Origin: Eledone cirrhosa
Taxonomy: Eukaryota
DNA length: 64,000 nucleotides
Assembly: GCA_964016885.1 (NCBI GenBank)
Contig: OZ024741.1
Coordinates: 10,850,001 to 10,914,000, forward strand
Direction: 5' to 3'
Below are positions 15,901 through 30,349 of this stretch, piece by piece. Numbering within the stretch: position 1 is the stretch's first letter; every line of letters starts with the position of its first letter. The position numbers and the translations under genes were made by a program. The notes under the pieces are model-generated. The model saw only the letters and a list, made by a program, of their open reading frames with translations, was not told the DNA's origin and made no database searches.

Positions 15901-18900
15901 AGTTTACTGTAGATATATTGTGCGTTACACTGTTCACTGTAGATATATTGTACTTTAATCTGTTTACAGTAGATACATTGTACTTTACACGGTTTACTGT
16001 ACATATATTGTACTTTACACTGTTTATAGTAGATATATTGTACTTTACACTATTTACTGTAGATATATTCTACTTTACACTGTTCACTGTAGATATATTG
16101 TACTTTACACTGTTTACAGTAGATATTTTGTACTTTACACTGTTTACTGTAGATATATTGTATTTTATACTGTTTACTGTAGATATATTGTACTTTATAC
16201 TTCTTACTGTAGATATATTGTACTTTATACTGTTCACTGTAGATATATTGTACTTTACACTGTAGATATATTGTAATTTACTGTAGATATATTGTACTTT
16301 ACACTGTTTACTGTAGATATATTGTAATTTACACTGTTTACTGTAGATATATTGTACTTTTATACTGTTTATTGTAGATATATTGTACTTTACACTGTTT
16401 ATTGTAGATATATTGTAATTTACACTGTTTACTGTAGATATATTGTACTTTTATACTGTTCACTGTAGATATATTGTACTTTACATTGTTTACTGTAGAT
16501 ATATTATACTTTACACTGTTTACTGTAGATATATTGTACTTTACACTGTTTACTGTAGATATATTGTACTTTATACTGTTTACTGTAGATATATTGTAGT
16601 TTACACTGTTTACTGTAGATATATTGTAGTTACACTGTTCACTGTAGATATATTGTACTTTACACTGTTTACCGTAGATACATTGTACTTTACACGGTTT
16701 ACTGAACATATATTGTACTTTACACTGTTTATAGTAGATATATTGTACTTTACACTATTTACTGTAGATATATTCTACTTTACACTGTTCACTCTAGATA
16801 TATTGTATTTTATACTGTTTACTGTAGATATATTGTACTTTATACTGTTTACTGTAGATATATTGTACTTTATACTGTTTACTGTAGATATATTGTACTT
16901 TATACTATTTACTGTAGACATATTGTACTTTATACTGTTTACTGTAGATATATTGTACTTTATACTGTTTACTGTATATATATTGTACTTTACACTGTTT
17001 ACTGTAGATATATTGTACTTTACACTGTTTACTGTAGATATATTGTACTTTATACTGTTTACAGTAGATATATTGTACTTTACACTGTTTACTGTAGATA
17101 TATTGTACTTTATACTGTTTACTGTAGACATATTGTACTTTACACTGTTTGCTGTAGATATATTGTAATTTACACTGTTTACTGTAGATATATTGTACTT
17201 TATATTGTTTACTGTAGACATATTTTACTTTATACTGTTTACTGTAGATATATTGTACTTTACACTGTTTACTGTAGATATATTGTACTTTATACTGTTT
17301 ACTGTAGACATATTGTACTTTACACTGTTTACTGGAGATACATTGTAGTTTACACTGTTTACTGTAGATATATTGTGCTTTGTACTGTTTACTGTAGACA
17401 TATTGTACTTTACACTGTAGATATATTGTACGTTACATTGTTCACTGTAGATGTATTGTACTTTATACTGTCACTGTAGGTATATTGTACTTTACACTGT
17501 TTACTGTAGATATATTGTACTTTACACTGTTTACTGTAGATATTTTGTACTTTGCACTGTTTACTGTAGATATATCGTATGTTATACTGTTTACTGTAGA
17601 TATATTTACTTTATAGTGTTTACTGTAGATATATTGTACTTTATACTGTTTACTGTAGATATATTGTACTTTACATAGTTTACTGTAGATATATTGTACG
17701 TTACACTGTTCACTGTAGATATATTGTACTTTAATCTGTTTACAGTAGATACATTGTACTTTACACGGTTTACTGTACATATATTGTACTTTACACTGTT
17801 TATAGTAGATATATTGTACTTTACACTATTTACTGTAGACATATCCTACTTTACACTGTTCACTGTAGATATATTGTACTTTACACTGTTTACAGTAGAT
17901 ATTTTGTACTTTACACTGTTTACTGAAGATATATTGTATTTTATACTGTTTACTGTAGATATATTGTACTTTATACTGTTTACTGTAGATATATTGTACT
18001 TTATACTGTTTTCTGTAGACATATTGTACTTTATACTGTTTACTGTAGATATATTGTACCTTACACTGTTTACTGTAGATATATTGTACTTTACACTGTT
18101 TACTGTAGATATATTGTACTTTACACTGTTTTCTGTAGATATATTATATTTTACACTGTTTACTGTAGATATATTGTACTTTATACTGTTTACTGTAGAC
18201 ATATTGTACTTTACACTGTTTACTGTAGATATATTGTAGTTTACACTGTTTACTGTAGATATATTGTCCTTTATACTGTTTACTGTAGATATATTGTACT
18301 TTACACTGTTTACTGTAGATATATTGTACTTTATACTGTTTACTGTAGACATATTGTACTTTACACTGTTTACTGTAGATATATTGTAGTTTACACTGTT
18401 TACTGTAGATATATTGTCCTTTATACTGTTTACTGTAGATATATTGTACTTTATACTGTTTACTGTAGATATATTGTACTTTATACTTTAGATATATTGT
18501 ACGTTACATTGTTCACTGTAGGTATATTGTACGTTACATTGTTCACTGTAGATGTATTGTACTTTATTCTGTCACTGTAGGTGTAATGTACTTTACACTG
18601 TTTACTGTAGATATATTGTACTTTACACTGTTTACTGTAGATATTTTGTACTTTACACTGTTTACTGTAGATATATTGTATGTTATACTGTTTACTGTAG
18701 ACATATTGTACTTTACACTGTTTACTTAAGATATATTGTAGTTTACACTGTTTACTGTAGATATATTGTACTTTGTACTGTTTACTGTAGACATATTGTA
18801 CTTTATACTGTTTACTGTAGATATATTGTACTTTATACTGTTTACTGTAGATATATTATAGTTTACATCGTTCACTGTAGATATATTGTACTTTACACTG

Positions 18901-19225
18901 TTTACAGTAGATACATTGTACTTTACACGGTTTACTGTACATATATTGTACTTTAAACTGTTTATAGTAGATATATTGTACTTTACACTATTTACTGTAG
19001 ATATATTCTACTTTATATTGTTTACTGTAGACATATTGTACTTTATACTGTTTACTATAGATACATTGTACTTTACACTATTTACTGTAGATATTATGTA
19101 CTTTATACTGTTTACTGTAGATATATTGTACTTTATACTATTTACTGTAGACATATTGTACTTTATACTGTTTACTGTAGATATATTGTACTTTACACTG
19201 TTTACTGTAGATATATTGTACTTTA
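9681..19225. repeat. Higher-order segmental duplication, copy 1 (offset 9,936 bp)
   Basis: ORFs with identical translations recur at +9,936: 10119/20055, 10827/20763, 11838/21774, 13839/23775, 15675/25611, 17451/27387, 18552/28488. Rare variants are shared, e.g. GTTGAT..TTTCCAG at 9841/19777 and TACTTTAGAT at ~18484/~28420. Boundaries are set at the first visible mismatches (9680 vs 19616; 19226 vs 29162). Confidence 0.93.
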
Positions 19226-19616
19226 CACTGTTTCCAGTAGATATATTGTACTTTATACTGTTTACAGTAGATATATTGTACTTTACACTGTTTACTGTAG
19301 ATATATTATACTTTACACTGTTTACTGTAGATATATTGTACTTTACACTGTTTACTGTAGATATATTGTACTTTATACTGTTTACTGTAGATATATTGTA
19401 CTTTATACTGTTTACTGTAGACATATTGTACTTTACACTGTTTACTGTAGATATATTGTAGTTTACACTGTTTACTGTAGATATATTGTCCTTTATACTG
19501 TTTACTGTAGATATATTGTACTTTACACTGTTTACTGTTGATATATTGTACTTTACACTGTTTCCAGTAGATATATTGTACTTTATACTGTTTACAGTAG
19601 ATATATTGTACTTTAC

Positions 19617-22600
19617 ACTGTTTACTGTAGATATATTGTACTTTATACTGTTTACTGTAGATATATTGTACTTTATACTGTTTACTGTAGATATATTGTA
19701 CTTTATACTATTTACTGTAGACATATTGTACTTTATACTGTTTACTGTAGATATATTGTACTTTACACTGTTTACTGTTGATATATTGTACTTTACACTG
19801 TTTCCAGTAGATATATTGTACTTTATACTGTTTACAGTAGATATATTGTACTTTACACTGTTTACTGTAGATATATTATACTTTACACTGTTTACTGTAG
19901 ATATATTGTACTTTACACTGTTTACTGTAGATATATTGTACTTTATACTGTTTACTGTAGATATATTGTACTTTATACTGTTTACTGTAGATATATTGTA
20001 GTTTACACTGTTTACTGTAGATATATTGTAGTTACACTGTTCACTGTAGATATATTGTACTTTACACTGTTTACCGTAGATACATTGTACTTTACACGGT
20101 TTACTGAACATATATTGTACTTTACACTGTTTATAGTAGATATATTGTACTTTACACTATTTACTGTAGATATATTCTACTTTACACTGTTCACTCTAGA
20201 TATATTGTATTTTATACTGTTTACTGTAGATATATTGTACTTTATACTGTTTACTGTAGATATATTTTACTTTATACTGTTTACTGTAGATATATTGTAC
20301 TTTATACTATTTACTGTAGACATATTGTACTTTATACTGTTTACTGTAGATATATTGTACTTTACACTGTTTACTGTAGATATATTGTACTTTATACTGT
20401 TTACAGTAGATATATTGTACTTTACACTGTTTACTGTAGATATATTGTACTTTACACTGTTTGCTGTAGATATATTGTAATTTACACTGTTTACTGTAGA
20501 TATATTGTACTTTATATTGTTTACTGTAGACATATTTTACTTTATACTGTTTACTGTAGATATATTGTACTTTACACTGTTTACTGTAGATATATTGTAC
20601 TTTATACTGTTTACTGTAGACATATTGTACTTTACACTGTTTACTGGAGATACATTGTAGTTTACACTGTTTACTGTAGATATATTGTGCTTTGTACTGT
20701 TTACTGTAGACATATTGTACTTTACACTGTAGATATATTGTACGTTACATTGTTCACTGTAGATGTATTGTACTTTATACTGTCACTGTAGGTATATTGT
20801 ACTTTACACTGTTTACTGTAGATATATTGTACTTTACACTGTTTACTGTAGATATTTTGTACTTTGCACTGTTTACTTTAGATATATCGTATGTTATACT
20901 GTTTACTGTAGATATATTTACTTTATAGTGTTTACTGTAGATATATTGTACTTTATACTGTTTACTGTAGATATATTGTACTTTACACAGTTCACTGTAG
21001 ATATATTGTACGTTACACTGTTCACTGTAGATATATTGTACTTTAATCTGTTTACAGTAGATACATTGTACTTTACACGGTTTACTGTACATATATTGTA
21101 CTTTACACTGTTTATAGTAGATATATTGTACTTTACACTATTTACTGTAGACATATCCTACTTTACACTGTTCACTGTAGATATATTGTACTTTACACTG
21201 TTTACAGTAGATATTTTGTACTTTACACTGTTTACTGTAGATATATTGTATTTTATACTGTTTACTGTAGATATATTGTACTTTATACTGTTTACTGTAG
21301 ATTTATTGTACTTTATACTGTTTTCTGTAGACATATTGTACTTTATACTGTTTACTGTAGATATATTGTACCTTACACTGTTTACTGTAGATATATTGTA
21401 CTTTACACTGTTTACTGTAGATATATTGTACTTTACACTGTTTTCTGTAGATATATTATATTTTACACTGTTTACTGTAGATATATTGTACTTTATACTG
21501 TTTACTGTAGACATATTGTACTTTACACTGTTTACTGTAGATATATTGTAGTTTACACTGTTTACTGTAGATATATTGTCCTTTATACTGTTTACTGTAG
21601 ATATATTGTACTCTATACTGTTTACTGTAGATATATTGTACTCTATACTGTTTACTGTAGACATATTGTACTTTATACTGTTTACTGTAGATATATTGTA
21701 CTTTATACTGTAGATATATTGTACGTTACATTGTTCACTGTAGGTATATTGTACGTTACATTGTTCACTGTAGATGTATTGTACTTTATTCTGTCACTGT
21801 AGGTGTAATGTACTTTACACTGTTTACTGTAGATATATTGTACTTTACACTGTTTACTGTAGATATTTTGTACTTTACACTGTTTACTGTAGATATATTG
21901 TATGTTATACTGTTTACTGTAGACATATTGTACTTTACACTGTTTACTTAAGATATATTGTAGTTTACACTGTTTACTGTAGATATATTGTACTTTGTAC
22001 TGTTTACTGTAGACATATTGTACTTTATACTGTTTACTGTAGATATATTGTACTTTATACTGTTTACTGTAGATATATTATAGTTTACATTGTTCACTGT
22101 AGATATATTGTACTTTACACTGTTTACAGTAGATACATTGTACTTTACACGGTTTACTGTACATATATTGTACTTTAAACTGTTTATAGTAGATATATTG
22201 TACTTTACACTATTTACTGTAGATATATTCTACTTTACACTGTTCACTGTAGATATATTTTACTTTGAACTGTTTACAGTAGATATATTGTACTTTACAC
22301 TGTTTACTGTAGATATATTGTATTTTATACTGTTTACTGTAGATATTATGTACTTTATACTGTTTACTGTAGATATATTGTACTTTATACTATTTACTGT
22401 AGACATATTGTACTTTATACTGTTTACTGTAGATATATTGTACTTTACACTGTTTACTGTAGATATATTGTACTTTATACTGTTTACAGTAGATATATTG
22501 TACTTTACACTGTTTACTGTAGATATATTATACTTTACACTGTTTACTGTAGATATATTGGACTCTACACTGTTTACAGTAGATATATTATACTTTACAC

Positions 22601-25600
22601 TGTTTACTGTAGACATATTGTACTTTATACCGTTTACTGTAGACATATTTTACTTTACACTGTTTACTGTAGATATATTGTAGTTTACACTGTTTACTGT
22701 AGATATATTATAGTTTACACTGTTTACTGTAGATATATTGTACTTTATATTGTTTACTGTAGACATATTGTACTTTATACTGTTTACTATAGATACATTG
22801 TACTTTACACTGTTTACTGTAGATATATTGTACTTTATACTGTTTACTGTAGACATATTGTACTTTATACTGTTTACTGTAAATATATTGTAGTTTACAC
22901 TGTTTACTGTAGATATATTGTAGTTACACTGTTCACTGTAGATATATTGTACTTTACACTGTTTACCATAGATACATTGTACTTTACACGGTTTACTGAA
23001 CATATATTGTACTTTACACTGTTTATAGTAGATATATTGTACTTTACACTATTTACTGTAGATATATTCTACTTTGCACTGTTAACTCTAGATATATTGT
23101 ATTTTATACTGTTTACTGTAGATATATTGTACTTTATACTGTTTACTGTAGATATATTGTACTTTATACTGTTTACTGTAGATATATTGTACTTTATACT
23201 GTTTACTGTAGACATATTGTACTTTATACTGTTTACTGTAGATATATTGTACTTTACACTGTTTACTGTAGATATATTGTACTTTACACTGTTTACTGTA
23301 GATATATTGTACTTTATACTGTTTACAGTAGATATATTGTACTTTACACTGTTTACTGTAGATATATTATACTTTACACTGTTTACTGTAGATATATTAT
23401 ACTTTACACTGTTTACTGTAGATATATTGTACTTTATACTGTTTACTGTAGACATATTGTACTTTACACTGTTTGCTGTAGATATATTGTAATTTACACT
23501 GTTTACTGTAGATATATTGTACTTTATATTGTTTACTGTAGACATATTGTACTTTATACTGTTTATTGTAGATATATTGTACTTTACACTGTTTACTGTA
23601 GATATATTGTACTTTATACTGTTTACTGTAGACATATTGTACTTTACACTGTTTACTGGAGATACATTGTAGTTTACACTGTTTACTGTAGATATATTGT
23701 GCTTTGTACTGTTTACTGTAGACATATTGTACTTTACACTGTAGATATATTGTACGTTACATTGTTCACTGTATATGTATTGTACTTTATACTGTCACTG
23801 TAGGTATATTGTACTTTACACTGTTTACTGTAGATATATTGTACTTTACACTGTTTACTGTAGATATTTTGTACTTTGCACTGTTTACTGTAGATATATC
23901 GTATGTTATACTGTTTACTGTAGATATATTTACTTTATAGTGTTTACCGTAGATACATTGTACTTTACACGGTTTACTGAACATATATTGTACTTTACAC
24001 TGTTTATAGTAGATATATTGTACTTTACACTATTTACTGTAGATATATTCTACTTTACACTGTTCACTCTAGATATATTGTATTTTATACTGTTTACTGT
24101 AGATATATTGTACTTTATACTGTTTACTGTAGATATATTGTACTTTATACTGTTTACTGTAGATATATTGTACTTTATACTGTTTACTGTAGACATATTG
24201 TACTTTATACTGTTTACTGTAGATATATTGTACTTTACACTGTTTACTGTAGATATATTGTACTTTACACTGTTTACTGTAGATATATTGTACTTTATAC
24301 TGTTTACAGTAGATATATTGTACTTTACACTGTTTACTGTAGATATATTGTACTTTATACTGTTCACTGTAGATATATTGTACTTTACACTGTAGATATA
24401 TTGTAATTTACTGTAGGTATATTGTACTTTACACTGTTTACTGTAGATATATTGTACTTTTATACTGTTTATTGTAGATATATTGTACTTTACACTGTTT
24501 ATTGTAGATATATTGTAATTTACACTGTTTACTGTAGATATATTGTACTTTTATACTGTTCACTGTAGATATATTGTACTTTACATTGTTTACTGTAGAT
24601 ATATTATACTTTACACTGTTTACTGTAGATATATTGTACTTTACACTGTTTACTGTAGATATATTGTACTTTATACTGTTTACTGTAGATATATTGTACT
24701 TTATACTGTTTACTGTAGATATATTGTAGTTTACACTGTTTACTGTAGATATATTGTAGTTACACTGTTCACTGTAGATATATTGTACTTTACACTGTTT
24801 ACCGTAGATACATTGTACTTTACACGGTTTACTGAACATATATTGTACTTTACACTGTTTATAGTAGATATATTGTACTTTACACTATTTACTGTAGATA
24901 TATTCTACTTTACACTGTTCACTCTAGATATATTGTATTTTATACTGTTTACTGTAGATATATTGTACTTTATACTGTTTACTGTAGATATATTGTACTT
25001 TATACTGTTTACTGTAGATATATTGTACTTTATACTATTTACTGTAGACATATTGTACTTTATACTGTTTACTGTAGATATATTGTACTTTACACTGTTT
25101 ACTGTAGATATATTGTACTTTACACTGTTTCCTGTAGATATATTGTACTTTATACTGTTTACAGTAGATATATTGTACTTTACACTGTTTACTGTAGATA
25201 TATTATACTTTACACTGTTTACTGTAGATATATTATACTTTACACTGTTTACTGTAGATATATTGTACTTTATACTGTTTACTGTAGACATATTGTACTT
25301 TACACTGTTTGCTGTAGATATATTGTAATTTACACTGTTTACTGTAGATATATTGTACTTTATATTGTTTACTGTAGACATATTGTACTTTATACTGTTT
25401 ACTGTAGATATATTGTACTTTACACTGTTTACTGTAGATATATTGTACTTTATACTGTTTACTGTAGACATATTGTACTTTACACTGTTTACTGGAGATA
25501 CATTGTAGTTTACACTGTTTACTGTAGATATATTGTGCTTTGTACTGTTTACTGTAGACATATTGTACTTTACACTGTAGATATATTGTACGTTACATTG

Positions 25601-28600
25601 TTCACTGTAGATGTATTGTACTTTATACTGTCACTGTAGGTATATTGTACTTTACACTGTTTACTGTAGATATATTGTACTTTACACTGTTTACTGTAGA
25701 TATTTTGTACTTTGCACTGTTTACTGTAGATATATCGTATGTTATACTGTTTACTGTAGATATATTTACTTTATAGTGTTTACTGTAGATATATTGTACT
25801 TTATACTGTTTACTGTAGATATATTGTACTTTACACAGTTTACTGTAGATATATTGTGCGTTACACTGTTCACTGTAGATATATTGTACTTTAATCTGTT
25901 TACAGTAGATACATTGTACTTTACACGGTTTACTGTACATATATTGTACTTTACACTGTTTATAGTAGATATATTGTACTTTACACTATTTACTGTAGAT
26001 ATATTCTACTTTACACTGTTCACTGTAGATATATTGTACTTTACACTGTTTACAGTAGATATTTTGTACTTTACACTGTTTACTGTAGATATATTGTATT
26101 TTATACTGTTTACTGTAGATATATTGTACTTTATACTTCTTACTGTAGATATATTGTACTTTATACTGTTCACTGTAGATATATTGTACTTTACACTGTA
26201 GATATATTGTAATTTACTGTAGATATATTGTACTTTACACTGTTTACTGTAGATATATTGTAATTTACACTGTTTACTGTAGATATATTGTACTTTTATA
26301 CTGTTTATTGTAGATATATTGTACTTTACACTGTTTATTGTAGATATATTGTAATTTACACTGTTTACTGTAGATATATTGTACTTTTATACTGTTCACT
26401 GTAGATATATTGTACTTTACATTGTTTACTGTAGATATATTATACTTTACACTGTTTACTGTAGATATATTGTACTTTACACTGTTTACTGTAGATATAT
26501 TGTACTTTATACTGTTTACTGTAGATATATTGTAGTTTACACTGTTTACTGTAGATATATTGTAGTTACACTGTTCACTGTAGATATATTGTACTTTACA
26601 CTGTTTACCGTAGATACATTGTACTTTACACGGTTTACTGAACATATATTGTACTTTACACTGTTTATAGTAGATATATTGTACTTTACACTATTTACTG
26701 TAGATATATTCTACTTTACACTGTTCACTCTAGATATATTGTATTTTATACTGTTTACTGTAGATATATTGTACTTTATACTGTTTACTGTAGATATATT
26801 GTACTTTATACTGTTTACTGTAGATATATTGTACTTTATACTATTTACTGTAGACATATTGTACTTTATACTGTTTACTGTAGATATATTGTACTTTATA
26901 CTGTTTACTGTATATATATTGTACTTTACACTGTTTACTGTAGATATATTGTACTTTACACTGTTTACTGTAGATATATTGTACTTTATACTGTTTACAG
27001 TAGATATATTGTACTTTACACTGTTTACTGTAGATATATTGTACTTTATACTGTTTACTGTAGACATATTGTACTTTACACTGTTTGCTGTAGATATATT
27101 GTAATTTACACTGTTTACTGTAGATATATTGTACTTTATATTGTTTACTGTAGACATATTTTACTTTATACTGTTTACTGTAGATATATTGTACTTTACA
27201 CTGTTTACTGTAGATATATTGTACTTTATACTGTTTACTGTAGACATATTGTACTTTACACTGTTTACTGGAGATACATTGTAGTTTACACTGTTTACTG
27301 TAGATATATTGTGCTTTGTACTGTTTACTGTAGACATATTGTACTTTACACTGTAGATATATTGTACGTTACATTGTTCACTGTAGATGTATTGTACTTT
27401 ATACTGTCACTGTAGGTATATTGTACTTTACACTGTTTACTGTAGATATATTGTACTTTACACTGTTTACTGTAGATATTTTGTACTTTGCACTGTTTAC
27501 TGTAGATATATCGTATGTTATACTGTTTACTGTAGATATATTTACTTTATAGTGTTTACTGTAGATATATTGTACTTTATACTGTTTACTGTAGATATAT
27601 TGTACTTTACATAGTTTACTGTAGATATATTGTACGTTACACTGTTCACTGTAGATATATTGTACTTTAATCTGTTTACAGTAGATACATTGTACTTTAC
27701 ACGGTTTACTGTACATATATTGTACTTTACACTGTTTATAGTAGATATATTGTACTTTACACTATTTACTGTAGACATATCCTACTTTACACTGTTCACT
27801 GTAGATATATTGTACTTTACACTGTTTACAGTAGATATTTTGTACTTTACACTGTTTACTGAAGATATATTGTATTTTATACTGTTTACTGTAGATATAT
27901 TGTACTTTATACTGTTTACTGTAGATATATTGTACTTTATACTGTTTTCTGTAGACATATTGTACTTTATACTGTTTACTGTAGATATATTGTACCTTAC
28001 ACTGTTTACTGTAGATATATTGTACTTTACACTGTTTACTGTAGATATATTGTACTTTACACTGTTTTCTGTAGATATATTATATTTTACACTGTTTACT
28101 GTAGATATATTGTACTTTATACTGTTTACTGTAGACATATTGTACTTTACACTGTTTACTGTAGATATATTGTAGTTTACACTGTTTACTGTAGATATAT
28201 TGTCCTTTATACTGTTTACTGTAGATATATTGTACTTTACACTGTTTACTGTAGATATATTGTACTTTATACTGTTTACTGTAGACATATTGTACTTTAC
28301 ACTGTTTACTGTAGATATATTGTAGTTTACACTGTTTACTGTAGATATATTGTCCTTTATACTGTTTACTGTAGATATATTGTACTTTATACTGTTTACT
28401 GTAGATATATTGTACTTTATACTTTAGATATATTGTACGTTACATTGTTCACTGTAGGTATATTGTACGTTACATTGTTCACTGTAGATGTATTGTACTT
28501 TATTCTGTCACTGTAGGTGTAATGTACTTTACACTGTTTACTGTAGATATATTGTACTTTACACTGTTTACTGTAGATATTTTGTACTTTACACTGTTTA

Positions 28601-29161
28601 CTGTAGATATATTGTATGTTATACTGTTTACTGTAGACATATTGTACTTTACACTGTTTACTTAAGATATATTGTAGTTTACACTGTTTACTGTAGATAT
28701 ATTGTACTTTGTACTGTTTACTGTAGACATATTGTACTTTATACTGTTTACTGTAGATATATTGTACTTTATACTGTTTACTGTAGATATATTATAGTTT
28801 ACATCGTTCACTGTAGATATATTGTACTTTACACTGTTTACAGTAGATACATTGTACTTTACACGGTTTACTGTACATATATTGTACTTTAAACTGTTTA
28901 TAGTAGATATATTGTACTTTACACTATTTACTGTAGATATATTCTACTTTATATTGTTTACTGTAGACATATTGTACTTTATACTGTTTACTATAGATAC
29001 ATTGTACTTTACACTATTTACTGTAGATATTATGTACTTTATACTGTTTACTGTAGATATATTGTACTTTATACTATTTACTGTAGACATATTGTACTTT
29101 ATACTGTTTACTGTAGATATATTGTACTTTACACTGTTTACTGTAGATATATTGTACTTTA
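19617..29161. repeat. Higher-order segmental duplication, copy 2 (offset 9,936 bp)
   Basis: Matches 9681-19225, including private variants: GATTTATT ~11364/~21300, GTTAACTCTAG ~13145/~23081, ACATAGTTT ~17673/~27609, ACATCGTT ~18865/~28801. Confidence 0.93.
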
Positions 29162-30349
29162 TACTGTTTACAGTAGATATATTGTACTTTACACTGTTTA
29201 CTGTAGATATATTATACTTTACACTGTTTACTGTAGATATATTGGACTCTACACTGTTTACAGTAGATATATTATACTTTACACTGTTTACTGTAGACAT
29301 ATTGTACTTTATACCGTTTACTGTAGACATATTGTACTTTACACAGTTTACTGTAGATATATTGTAGTTTACACTGTTTACTGTAGATATATTATAGTTT
29401 ACACTGTTTACTGTAGATATATTGTACTTTATATTGTTTACTGTAGACATATTGTACTTTATACTGTTTACTATAGATACATTGTACTTTACACTGTTTA
29501 CTGTAGATATATTGTACTTTATACTGTTTACTGTAGACATATTGTACTTTATACTGTTTACTGTAAATATATTGTACTTTACACTGTTTACTGTAGATAT
29601 ATTGTACTTTATACTGTTTACTGTAGACATATTGTACTTTACACTGTTTACTGGAGATACATTGTAGTTTACACTGTTTACTGTAGATATATTGTACTTT
29701 TATACTGTTCACTGTAGATATATTGTACTTTACATTGTTTACTGTAGATATATTATACTTTACACTGTTTACTGTAGATATATTGTACTTTACACGGTTT
29801 ACTGTAGATATATTGTACTTTATGCTGTTTACTGTAGATATATTGTACTTTATACTGTTTACTGTAGATATATTGTAGTTTACACTGTTTACTGTAGATA
29901 TATTGTAGTTACACTGTTCACTGTAGATATATTGTACTTTACACTGTTTACCGTAGATACATTGTACTTTACACGGTTTACTGAACATATATTGTACTTT
30001 ACACTGTTTATAGTAGATATATTGTACTTTACACTATTTACTGTAGATATATTCTACTTTGCACTGTTCACTCTAGATATATTGTATTTTATACTGTTTA
30101 CTGTAGATATATTGTACTTTATACTGTTTACTGTAGATATATTGTACTTTATACTGTTTACTGTAGAAATATTGTACTTTATACTGTTTACTGTAGACAT
30201 ATTGTACTTTATACTGTTTACTGTAGATATATTGTACTTTACACTGTTTACTGTAGATATATTGTACTTTACACTGTTTACTGTAGATATATTGTACTTT
30301 ATACTGTTTACAGTAGATATATTGTACTTTACACTGTTTACTGTAGATA

